Positions 1 to 8,418 of a stretch of 64,000 nucleotides of DNA are shown one piece after another. Position 1 is the first letter of the stretch. Each line of letters starts with the position of its first letter. The stretch spans positions 4,032,001-4,096,000 of the forward strand of contig OZ240248.1 of the NCBI GenBank assembly GCA_965198235.1. The letters run 5' to 3'. Below the pieces are notes generated by a model. That model was given only the letters and a program-made list of their open reading frames with translations. It was not told where the DNA came from and ran no database searches. The DNA is from Candidatus Poribacteria bacterium. Lineage in GTDB: Bacteria; Poribacteria; WGA-4E; WGA-3G. The position numbers and the translations under genes were made by a program.

Positions 1-2
1 TT

Positions 3-161
3 GGGATCCTGTTAGGTCCCTTCCTTGGAGGTATCTCAGCGGACTCATCATTGGGCGTTCAGAGTCCTTACCTACTCTGTGCGGTAGCGATTGCTATCGC
101 GATCCTCATAGAGATTTTCATTCTGTTTAAGAATTTTCGACATCAAGCAGATTCGCCTTGA
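3..161 (+). CDS. C-terminal end of an MFS-type membrane transporter (partial, window edge)
   Basis: Manual translation GILLGPFLGGISADSSLGVQSPYLLCAVAIAIAILIEIFILF...SP*; the GPxLGG motif plus a last TM helix is typical of MFS C-termini; overlaps the convergent next gene by 35 bp. Confidence 0.6.
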   Translation, partial: GILLGPFLGGISADSSLGVQSPYLLCAVAIAIAILIEIFILFKNFRHQADSP

Positions 162-1257
162 TGTAGTCTTCATCAGGCGTAACACCGAGACCTGGACCGT
201 CCGGGACCGTGACGACGTGGTCGTGGATTTCGACACCGCTCACTGCCATGGTTTCCAGAAAAGCAGGGGCGTTGAGTTCAGCCGGGAGAGCAAGGTCCAA
301 AGTTGAAAAGAGGTGGACGCTTGCGATGAACCCGATTCCTGCTTCTGTCAATCCACTGCCGAGAAGTTCAAGTGAATTGGCTTCGGCGATAGGCACGCTC
401 TTAAGACATTCGTTTAACCCGCCAGATTTGCACACCTTCAAAACAACAGCATCTGCACATTCCAAGCGTGCGATCTTCGCTAAATCGAAGTAGGTGAAGC
501 AACCCTCGTCAATGGCGATCGGGATAGAAGCATCTTCTCGAACTCGCTTCATACCGAACCAATCCTGACTTGCGACGGGTTGTTCCATACAGTAAATTTC
601 ACGGATGTCTGCGACTCGCTTCAGCAATTCAAGGGCATTCGATGGCGTGTAAGACTGATTCGCATCAATCCAGAGTTTAGCATCTGGTGCGGCTTCATGC
701 ACTGCGCGCAGGCGTTCTTCATCTTCCGCTGGCATTCCAGCGACCTTCACTTTGAAACAGGAACACGGGGACAGGGCTTTTGCTTTCAATCCCATTATCT
801 CTGGCGTATCAATGCTCAGCGCATAGCAGAGAGGTAGCGTATCGTGGCGTTTTCCGCCGAAGAGGGTATGTAGTGGGATGTCAAGGATTCGTCCACGGAG
901 GTCCTGCAAAGCGATATCAACGGCGGCTTTCGCAAAAGGATGTCCATTGCTAACGGCAGGTTTCAATGCCTGATAAATTGCCTCATGGATTTGGTTGAAA
1001 TTTAATGGATTACGTCCGAGCAGCAATGGAGCAATGTGATGTTGAACGGTGGTTGTGATAGATTCGGTGGTTTCGTAACTCCATGAAGGGAGCGCGCGTT
1101 GTTCACCCCAACCGATGTAGCCATCGTCTGTTGTAATTTTGACAAAAACATGGTCGCCTGCGGATCCAGGGTCTCCGACAAAGCCGGTCCCGATATTAAA
1201 GATGTCTTTCATCCCGACAGCAGTGGGATAAACGTCTACGTGGGCTATTTTGGACAT
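127..1257 (-). CDS. Mandelate racemase/muconate lactonizing enzyme family protein (enolase superfamily)
   Basis: GWGE, AKAAVDIALQDL, FKVKV, metal ligands IDAN/MEQP/IDE, LKVCK, PDGPGLG. Confidence 0.9.
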   Translation of the reverse strand: MSKIAHVDVYPTAVGMKDIFNIGTGFVGDPGSAGDHVFVKITTDDGYIGWGEQRALPSWSYETTESITTTVQHHIAPLLLGRNPLNFNQIHEAIYQALKPAVSNGHPFAKAAVDIALQDLRGRILDIPLHTLFGGKRHDTLPLCYALSIDTPEIMGLKAKALSPCSCFKVKVAGMPAEDEERLRAVHEAAPDAKLWIDANQSYTPSNALELLKRVADIREIYCMEQPVASQDWFGMKRVREDASIPIAIDEGCFTYFDLAKIARLECADAVVLKVCKSGGLNECLKSVPIAEANSLELLGSGLTEAGIGFIASVHLFSTLDLALPAELNAPAFLETMAVSGVEIHDHVVTVPDGPGLGVTPDEDYIKANLLDVENS

Positions 1258-1403
1258 GTGTGAATAGGTTACTCCATTATTGGAAAGTGTCTCTGTATTT
1301 TAGCACACATCTAAGCAATTTATCAAACATATAGGGCAAAAGTAAAGGGCATTCAGTTTTAAAAATTTACTGGATTGTATGGTTTGCCAACCATGAGTGA
1401 GTC

Positions 1404-1430
1404 CGTTCGTAGTAGTGCGATTCATCGCAC
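1404..1430. repeat. GTAG-type REP-like palindrome, identical 27-bp copy at 57067-57093
   Basis: cgttcgtagtagtgcgattcatcgcac occurs at both sites; internal hairpin gtgcgat-tc-atcgcac. Confidence 0.8.
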
Positions 1431-1515
1431 GTTCTAAAGGTGTATAGCGGGCAATAATGGGAAACCTCGCCAGTGTCGGTTGAGCGTTTAATGCCCATCA
1501 AGCACAGAATTTCCG

Positions 1516-1544
1516 TTGACATGTTCCCAACTATCCGCTATAGT
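1516..1544 (+). promoter_or_regulatory. Sigma-70-like promoter
   Basis: TTGACA-17 bp-TATAGT upstream of the 1589-3922 operon. Confidence 0.65.
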
Positions 1545-1588
1545 AATAGGAACACCGGTTGCTCTATGTCGTTATAAGGAAACTATGC

Positions 1589-1855
1589 ATGCTATTTATT
1601 ATTTTTGTAATTCTTACACCTATCACCGTTTGGTTGATTTTGCACTTCATGTCCCGGCGGAAAGCCGGCACGGAAACGACTGAACCGGGAGCACTCATGG
1701 AAGTCTGTGCGATCTGTCAAAACGAATTTACAATGACCGAATTGCTCGAAAAAGAGGTCGGTGGATACAGCAGGGTCTACTGTTTCTGCGGACAATGTAT
1801 TGAAAACCTCTATAACGAATACAGGAACAAAACAGACACCAACACAGGAGAATGA
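1589..1855 (+). CDS. Small membrane-anchored protein with a Cys-rich (zinc-finger-like) domain
   Basis: N-terminal TM helix, then CAIC...CFCGQC; 3 bp before the next gene, which has a GGAG RBS. Confidence 0.7.
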   Translation: MLFIIFVILTPITVWLILHFMSRRKAGTETTEPGALMEVCAICQNEFTMTELLEKEVGGYSRVYCFCGQCIENLYNEYRNKTDTNTGE

Positions 1856-1858
1856 ACT

Positions 1859-2902
1859 ATGTACGATTTAGTTACGTTTGGGGAAGCGATGATCCGACTC
1901 ACCGCCCCGGAATATATGCGCCTTGAGCAGGTGTCATCGCTCTCAATCACAGCAGGCGGTGCGGAGATGAACGTCGCCGTCAATGCTGCACAACTCGGAT
2001 TGCGGAGTGCATGGGTATCACGACTCGTAGACAACTGGTCGGGTTGGTATATCCGCAACAAGGGGCGCGAACTCGGTGTGGATATGTCGAACATTGTTTG
2101 GGTCGATTTCGACGGGGTCGGCTTGGAGCGCAACGGATTCTATCACCTTGAGTTAGGCGCAGGACCGCGTGCAAGCAGCGTCACCTATGATCGCGGGTAT
2201 TCTGCGATTTCTAACGTGCAACTTGGAGAGATTGATTGGGCATCTATTTTTAGCGATGCGCGCTGGTTTCATCTTAGCGGTATTACGCCTGCGTTGTCAG
2301 AATCCGCGGCGGCTGTCTCGGCAGAAGCACTCAAAGCAGCACGCGCTGCAGGGGTCAAAACCAGCTATGACCTGAACTTCCGATCCAAATTGTGGAGTGC
2401 AGAGGAAGCGCAAGCGGCAAATCAACCAATGATGGAGCATGTCTCTGTTCTTATCGGTAATGAAGAGGATTTTGAGAAATCCCTCGGTTTCGCAGCGGAA
2501 GGGGCAACCGAATCCTATAGCAGTCTTGAACCTGACAGCTACAAGGCGGTTGCACAACGTGTCAAGGACGCTTTCCCGAACGTTGAGATGATCGGTACGA
2601 CGTTGCGTGATGCCAAAACGGGTTGGTTGAACGATTGGCGGACACTCCTGTTTGATGGTGAAGAATTCTATTTGTCACGTATCTATGAGAATCTGGAACT
2701 GGTAGATAGGGTCGGCGGCGGGGATAGTTTCTCGTCGGGGCTCATCTATAGCCTACTGAACGGAAAATCACTGCAGGAAGCCGTTGATTTCGCAGGTGGG
2801 TATTCCGCCTTAGCGCATACCTTCCCCGGTGACTTCAACTGGGCAACAGCAGAAGAAGCAGAAAAAGCGATGGAAGCGGGGAGCGTGCGTATCAGCCGCT
2901 AA
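1859..2902 (+). CDS. kdgK: PfkB-family sugar kinase, 2-dehydro-3-deoxygluconokinase-like
   Basis: TFGEAMIRL, GGAEMNVA, FHLSGITPA, YDLNFRSKLW, GNEED, DRVGGGDSF. Confidence 0.85.
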   Translation: MYDLVTFGEAMIRLTAPEYMRLEQVSSLSITAGGAEMNVAVNAAQLGLRSAWVSRLVDNWSGWYIRNKGRELGVDMSNIVWVDFDGVGLERNGFYHLELGAGPRASSVTYDRGYSAISNVQLGEIDWASIFSDARWFHLSGITPALSESAAAVSAEALKAARAAGVKTSYDLNFRSKLWSAEEAQAANQPMMEHVSVLIGNEEDFEKSLGFAAEGATESYSSLEPDSYKAVAQRVKDAFPNVEMIGTTLRDAKTGWLNDWRTLLFDGEEFYLSRIYENLELVDRVGGGDSFSSGLIYSLLNGKSLQEAVDFAGGYSALAHTFPGDFNWATAEEAEKAMEAGSVRISR

Positions 2903-2914
2903 ACGGATAAATCT

Positions 2915-3922
2915 ATGGAAAAAATTTTTCTCTCTCCTATTTTTGAAAATACCGAGTTTGATTCTGCGGAACGCCGAGCGGCGTTGGCAGATTTGCAGCA
3001 ATTCGGTGAGTTGAGCATCCACCCACGGGAACTGACTGAGGAACATGCTGATGGCGTTATTGGTGTGATCGCAGGGGGGGTGCCTTGTCATGAAAGCTTC
3101 TACCAAGCGGCAGAATCGCTCCGAATCATTGCGCGTTGGGGTGTGGGATATGAAACCGTTAACGTTGATTTAGCGACGGAGTATGGTGTTATTGTCACGA
3201 TTGCCCCTGAACACATGGTGACTGTTGCTGAATATGCGATTGCACAGTGGTTCGCGACCATGAAGCGCGTCTATACGCTAAACAACGCCTCCCATAACGG
3301 GAATTTCGGGCTTATCAAGACCCATGAGGTGATGGGTTCTACGCTCGGTTTGTACGGTTTTGGTCGGATAGGTCAAGAGGTAGCGCGCCGTGCTCGTCCG
3401 CTTCTCGGTGAGCAAGGGAGCCTCTTGGTTTATGATATTCGTCCAGATATCGCTGAACTCGCCGCGCAATTTGGTGCGGAGACTGTCGATACGCCGCTGA
3501 CGCTCTTCCAAGAGAGCGATACTGTATCCCTACACCTATCAGGTGCGGATACTGTTGTCGGCTATGAGGAACTTTGCGCCATGAAACCGCATGCGTCTCT
3601 CATCAATCCATCGCGTGGGAACCTCGTTAACGATGAAGCAGCCAACCGCGCTGTTAGCGAAAATCGGCTCTGGTATTATGTCGTGGATGATCCTGTTAAT
3701 GGACCGCGGGCGATCCACAAAGACCATCCGCGCATTATCTGTACGAATCACAACGCGGGCATGACTGTTGAATCTGGTATTCGGTTGGATCTTCGGACAA
3801 TTGGGCAGGTTACGGATGCGATTCAGGGACGCGCACCCGCTTATGTTCTGAACCCGGAAGTCCTGGAGCATCCAAGGGTTAAGGCGTTTTGCAAGGATAC
3901 TTCTCAAGCACTTAAGCTGTAA
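2915..3922 (+). CDS. D-isomer-specific 2-hydroxyacid dehydrogenase family protein
   Basis: RWGVGYETVN, VAEY, GLYGFGRIG, INPSRG, TNHNAG. Confidence 0.85.
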   Translation: MEKIFLSPIFENTEFDSAERRAALADLQQFGELSIHPRELTEEHADGVIGVIAGGVPCHESFYQAAESLRIIARWGVGYETVNVDLATEYGVIVTIAPEHMVTVAEYAIAQWFATMKRVYTLNNASHNGNFGLIKTHEVMGSTLGLYGFGRIGQEVARRARPLLGEQGSLLVYDIRPDIAELAAQFGAETVDTPLTLFQESDTVSLHLSGADTVVGYEELCAMKPHASLINPSRGNLVNDEAANRAVSENRLWYYVVDDPVNGPRAIHKDHPRIICTNHNAGMTVESGIRLDLRTIGQVTDAIQGRAPAYVLNPEVLEHPRVKAFCKDTSQALKL

Positions 3923-3924
3923 CT

Positions 3925-5046
3925 TTAGTTTTTTTCAAGAAGGAAAAGGAATTCACGGTTCGGTGCTTCAGCAGCGTTCACCCACTTATGTGTCCATCTC
4001 ATACCTGCCATGACGTTCTTTTTGTAGTCAAGTTCAAGGACAGCAAGGAGTTTTCCGTTGTCTTGCATGACTCCGTTCAATTGTTGAGCAGTCGCGCGAC
4101 CGCCGGAACTGTAAGAGAGCAGAATCCAGCGGGCTTGTATCTCTTGGATTAACTTCGCAATGGCTTGGACAGCAATGAATTGTCCGTCATCGTTGCGGCG
4201 GAATTCCTCAAATATAGAAGCGGCGAGGGGATCTGATGTATCCTTTCGCCGTTTTGCTTTGCCGAAAAGGGTGGGTTTGTCGAAGAGGACAACGCTTTGC
4301 CAGAGATGGTAATAAGCGGCATACCTGACACGGGACGGCGGCATTTTCTCGTTGTTTGAACCATAAGGCGGATCGAAATACGCGAGATCTACGGAGACAC
4401 GCGGCACGAGTTCAAAAATGTCGGTTTGATGGACCTGGTGATCTCCTTCTGACCTGAAAACATTAGGCACTTTAAGCACTAATTCTTTGTAGGCACGGGG
4501 TGCCCACTCTTTGAGATAAGCCGAAAAATGACCGAGGGTGCTGTCAACACGGTCAAGTGCGAGCATCAGGCTTGTGAGTGCCACAGCTTTTTCGATCAGA
4601 TCGAGTTTGAGGGTTTCGATTTCCTGCCGAATCGCATCCAGTTTACGAGTATTGTGAAGCTGCCACGGTTTCTTGAGTCCATCTTCCTGAATTGCGCAGC
4701 CACTGTTGGCGTGTCCGCCGTAATGTTCCGTAAACCAACCGTCAACGGGTGGAACAGCCTTGAGATGATCGATGAGCGGTTGGTATGCTTCCTTCGGTTT
4801 TGTGTTGAGGAGATAGCAGGTACCGAAGATTTTTGACCAAGGGGCAACATCGTTGCAGATAACAGTATAACCGAGCTTGGCGAGTGCTTGCGAGACACGG
4901 GTCGTGCCTGAGAATCCATCCAGAATTGTCTCAGGGTTGACTTTTTTGACGAGTTCCAGGACCTGTGGGATAAGTTTCAACTTGGAACCGATGTATTTGA
5001 TGCTTTCTGTGGGAGGAGTGTGGAGGTGTGGGAGTTTTTGTTTCAC
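3925..5046 (-). CDS. D12-class N6-adenine DNA methyltransferase (orphan)
   Basis: KYIGSK, DGFSGTTRVS (SAM-binding), YFDPPY catalytic motif. Confidence 0.88.
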   Translation of the reverse strand: MKQKLPHLHTPPTESIKYIGSKLKLIPQVLELVKKVNPETILDGFSGTTRVSQALAKLGYTVICNDVAPWSKIFGTCYLLNTKPKEAYQPLIDHLKAVPPVDGWFTEHYGGHANSGCAIQEDGLKKPWQLHNTRKLDAIRQEIETLKLDLIEKAVALTSLMLALDRVDSTLGHFSAYLKEWAPRAYKELVLKVPNVFRSEGDHQVHQTDIFELVPRVSVDLAYFDPPYGSNNEKMPPSRVRYAAYYHLWQSVVLFDKPTLFGKAKRRKDTSDPLAASIFEEFRRNDDGQFIAVQAIAKLIQEIQARWILLSYSSGGRATAQQLNGVMQDNGKLLAVLELDYKKNVMAGMRWTHKWVNAAEAPNREFLFLLEKN

Positions 5047-5055
5047 AAGCTTATG

Positions 5056-5565
5056 TCATCCGTTTGCTTGGGAATTGTGAGGTTTGCGAGTTAGGCGGTA
5101 GACCATCACCGTTTTAGCAACAGGTTCAATCACCCAGACGAGACGCGTCCCTGCTTTCAGGTAGGCTAACGCCTTTTCGGTGACATCGTAGTGTTTATCT
5201 GTCGGGGAGACTATCTCAACAGCGAGATCTGGCGGAACAGGCGACCCCTTACGCCTATTTTCCGGCAGCCGTTCCGTCAACACAAACGCAACATCCGGCT
5301 TTACCAACCTGTCACCCAAGTGAAAAGTCGTCTCTGCGGTGTACAAACGTCCTAACTGGTTTTCACGGACATACAAACCTAAAGCTAAAATAATATTAAT
5401 ACTGATTTCACCATGTTCCATGGATGGCGGTGACAGCGGTACTAACTCTCCTTTTACATATTCATAACCTTCTAAGTCGTTTTCAAGAAATTCCTCCAGC
5501 GTTATTGGCGTTCTGTGTGCCGCTACCTCTTGAATAGATTCAGAGTTTGTTTGTGGATTAAGCAT
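5056..5565 (-). CDS. Uma2-family (PD-(D/E)XK) endonuclease, C-terminus apparently truncated
   Basis: YEYVKGEL, KPDVAFV, PDLAVEIVSP, YLKAGTRLVWVIEP; the usual final LPGF segment is absent. Confidence 0.8.
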   Translation of the reverse strand: MLNPQTNSESIQEVAAHRTPITLEEFLENDLEGYEYVKGELVPLSPPSMEHGEISINIILALGLYVRENQLGRLYTAETTFHLGDRLVKPDVAFVLTERLPENRRKGSPVPPDLAVEIVSPTDKHYDVTEKALAYLKAGTRLVWVIEPVAKTVMVYRLTRKPHNSQANG

Positions 5566-5619
5566 CAATTTCTCCCTCCCCATCTGGTGTGAGATGTCGC
5601 TTCTACAGGCATCCAAAAT

Positions 5620-6858
5620 TTACGTATGACGGATGGCATCAATAGGAGTCATTTTGGAGGCTTGGCTGGCGGGGTAGTAGCCGAAGAAGATACCTATTGC
5701 TGTGCCCGCAGCAACGGAAATCAGCACGGCTTCGGGTGTAATAACAGAGGGCCAGGCAAGTCCTTTAAAGAATTGACTCACCACCCATGCGAATCCTTTT
5801 CCAACGACAGCACCAAAAGCGATACCGATCAGACTCCCAATCAGACATAAGAGTACTGATTCTGTGAGGAACTGTAAACGGATGTCAAAACTCTTTGCCC
5901 CCACCGCTTTTCGGAGTCCAATCTCTGGGATCCGCTCCGTCACCGAAACGAGCATGATGTTCAGAATACCGATGCCGGCTACGATCAACGCAACAGACGC
6001 AATGACGACGAGAACCATCTCTATAATGAAAATGATCCTTCTTCCGCCTTCAATTCCCTTTTTTGCGTTCCACGTTCGGAAAAAGGTGTCATCATCACCG
6101 TGATTACGCATGATGACGGTTTTTACCTCTTTGAGTGCCTGCTCAACTAACTCGATGTTCTTGGCACGCGCCATAATAGCCCCAACCCGATTACGTCCCC
6201 CAAAGCGGGTTTGTGCGGTTGTAATGGGAATGAAGATCATATTATCGTCGCTTTTGCCCATCTCTAACCCATCGCCACGGCTCTCCATAATGCCAATAAC
6301 GGTAAAGCGTTTGTTATCGATACCGACTTCCTTGCCAATGGGGTCCTGTCCTTTAAATTGCTCTTTCCAGACCTTTGCCCCGATGACACAGACCTTATTC
6401 CAGAAATCCATGTCGGTATCGGCGATGAACCTACCGTATTCAGTCTGCCATCGTCGGACGGCTTGATATTCATTGGTTGTTGCACGCATGTAGGTCCGTT
6501 GATGTTTGCCCTCGACTTCAAAGTCTATCGAGTGACTTCTTTCCACGGTGGCGACTTCAACAGATGGACAGCTCGCCAGAATGTCGTGCAGATCCCGCAT
6601 TTCCAGATAATGTGGGCTGGTGTTGCGTTGCCAACGGTTGTTCTTTTCGATATAACCGGGTCGGTAAACGCCGAACATACTGGGTCCACCGATACTTTCA
6701 ATTTGCGTCATCATGAGTTTTTCGGCACCCGCCCCGAAAGACATCATCGCTATCACTCCCGCAATACCGATCGTAATCCCCAAGAGTGTGAGGATCGTGC
6801 GGAGCTTACTGCCGCGAAGCACAGAAAATGCTGAGATGAGATTCTCTAATATTTGCAC
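5620..6858 (-). CDS. MacB/FtsX-type ABC transporter permease
   Basis: RTILTLLGITIGIAGVI, GIGILNIMLVSVTERIPEIGLRKAVGA, FFGYYPA. Confidence 0.92.
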   Translation of the reverse strand: MQILENLISAFSVLRGSKLRTILTLLGITIGIAGVIAMMSFGAGAEKLMMTQIESIGGPSMFGVYRPGYIEKNNRWQRNTSPHYLEMRDLHDILASCPSVEVATVERSHSIDFEVEGKHQRTYMRATTNEYQAVRRWQTEYGRFIADTDMDFWNKVCVIGAKVWKEQFKGQDPIGKEVGIDNKRFTVIGIMESRGDGLEMGKSDDNMIFIPITTAQTRFGGRNRVGAIMARAKNIELVEQALKEVKTVIMRNHGDDDTFFRTWNAKKGIEGGRRIIFIIEMVLVVIASVALIVAGIGILNIMLVSVTERIPEIGLRKAVGAKSFDIRLQFLTESVLLCLIGSLIGIAFGAVVGKGFAWVVSQFFKGLAWPSVITPEAVLISVAAGTAIGIFFGYYPASQASKMTPIDAIRHT

Positions 6859-6911
6859 GTTTGTCCTCTATGTTAGCGGTATGTAGTTTTTGGTTTCGTA
6901 TCAGATCTGTG

Positions 6912-6936
6912 GTCGGGATTCGGAGATCCCTCCTAC
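6912..6936 (-). repeat. GTAGGAG-type REP-like element (related copies at 19321-19345, 54681-54705, 57024-57047)
   Basis: Reverse complement GTAGGAGGGATCTCCGAATCCCGAC; copy at 54681 reads GTAGGAGGGAACTCCGATTCCCGAC. Confidence 0.75.
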
Positions 6937-6956
6937 AAGGGAGTTCATCCCTATCT

Positions 6957-8207
6957 TTATGTATGACGGATGGCATCAATGGGAGCCATTTTCGCGGCTT
7001 GGCTGGCGGGATAGTAACCGAAGAAGATGCCCACTGCAGCACCCGCTCCCACGGAAATGAGCACGGCTTCTGGGGTCAGGACAGAGGGCCACGCCATTTC
7101 TTCTAAAAACTTACCGACTATCCATGCGAAGCCTTTTCCAACGATAGCACCGAACGCAATGCCGAGCAGACTGCCAATCAGACACAACAACACAGATTCG
7201 GTGAGGAACTGTAAACGGATGTCAAAGCTTTTCGCACCAACGGCTTTTCGCAGTCCAATTTCTGGGATCCGCTCTGTCACCGAGACGAGCATGATGTTCA
7301 GGATACCGATACCGGCTACAATCAAGGATACGGAAGCGATAACGACGAGCACTGTCTCTATGATAAAGATCATTCTTTTCGCATGCGCGATTCCCTTTTT
7401 TGCCGACCACGTTCGGAAGAAGGTATCATCGCCACCGTGGTTACGCATGATGATAGTCTTTACTTCTTTGAGTGCTTGATCTACGAGGAGCGGACTCTTG
7501 GCACGTACCATGATGTGCCCGACGTGATCGTGTCCCCAAAACCGTTTTTGTGCGGTTGTAATCGGAATGAAGAGCATATTGTCATCACTTCTACCTCGCT
7601 CCAGTCCGTCTCCCCGGCTCTCCATGATTCCGATAACAGTGAAACGTTTGTTGTTTCCATGATTGTTGATTATAACTTCCTTACCGATAGGGTCCTGCCC
7701 TTTAAACTGTTCTTTCCAGATTTTTGAGCCGATGACACAAACCTTCGTCCAAGTGTCCATATCGGTATCAGCGAGGAATCTGCCGTATTGCGTGCGCCAT
7801 TCCCGAACGGCTTGGTATTCATTCGTCGTCGCACGGAGATAGGTTCGTTGAAATTTCCCGTCAACACCAAGGCTGATGTAGTAGCTACCCTCGACGGTGG
7901 CAACTTCAACGGAGGGACATTCTGCCAGAACGTCTCGAAGGTCGTCCATCTCTAAATGGTGTGGGCTGGTGTTGCGTTGCCAACGTCCGTTCTTGCGAAC
8001 ATACCCGGGCCGATAAACACCAAACATATTGGGTCCACCGATCTGGTTAACCTCCGCCATCAGTAGTCTTTCGGCACCCGCGCCAAAAGACATCATGGCT
8101 ATTACACCCGCAATACCGATCGTAATTCCCAAGAGTGTAAGAACTGTGCGGAGTTTGCTTCCGCGAAGCACAGAAAACGCTGAGATAAAATTTTCAAGGA
8201 GGTTCAT
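6957..8207 (-). CDS. MacB/FtsX-type ABC transporter permease (tandem paralog)
   Basis: Same motifs and long stretches identical to 5620-6858. Confidence 0.92.
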   Translation of the reverse strand: MNLLENFISAFSVLRGSKLRTVLTLLGITIGIAGVIAMMSFGAGAERLLMAEVNQIGGPNMFGVYRPGYVRKNGRWQRNTSPHHLEMDDLRDVLAECPSVEVATVEGSYYISLGVDGKFQRTYLRATTNEYQAVREWRTQYGRFLADTDMDTWTKVCVIGSKIWKEQFKGQDPIGKEVIINNHGNNKRFTVIGIMESRGDGLERGRSDDNMLFIPITTAQKRFWGHDHVGHIMVRAKSPLLVDQALKEVKTIIMRNHGGDDTFFRTWSAKKGIAHAKRMIFIIETVLVVIASVSLIVAGIGILNIMLVSVTERIPEIGLRKAVGAKSFDIRLQFLTESVLLCLIGSLLGIAFGAIVGKGFAWIVGKFLEEMAWPSVLTPEAVLISVGAGAAVGIFFGYYPASQAAKMAPIDAIRHT

Positions 8208-8418
8208 TTCGATTCTTTTTGATGTAGCGTTTGCTCAAGGCTTAGGCATAGATTGGACAAAAACTTTTGATTGCATCAATTCTCAAGGTATGCTAAACTT
8301 TTTAACATTATAGGATGGAGGGAACTCGAGAATCTTTACCCTTCCGTTGGTGTTAAAAGTATACCACAAACGTTTAAGCGTTGCAAATCTTTTAGGTTAA
8401 AATTAGGAGCGGAAAATT

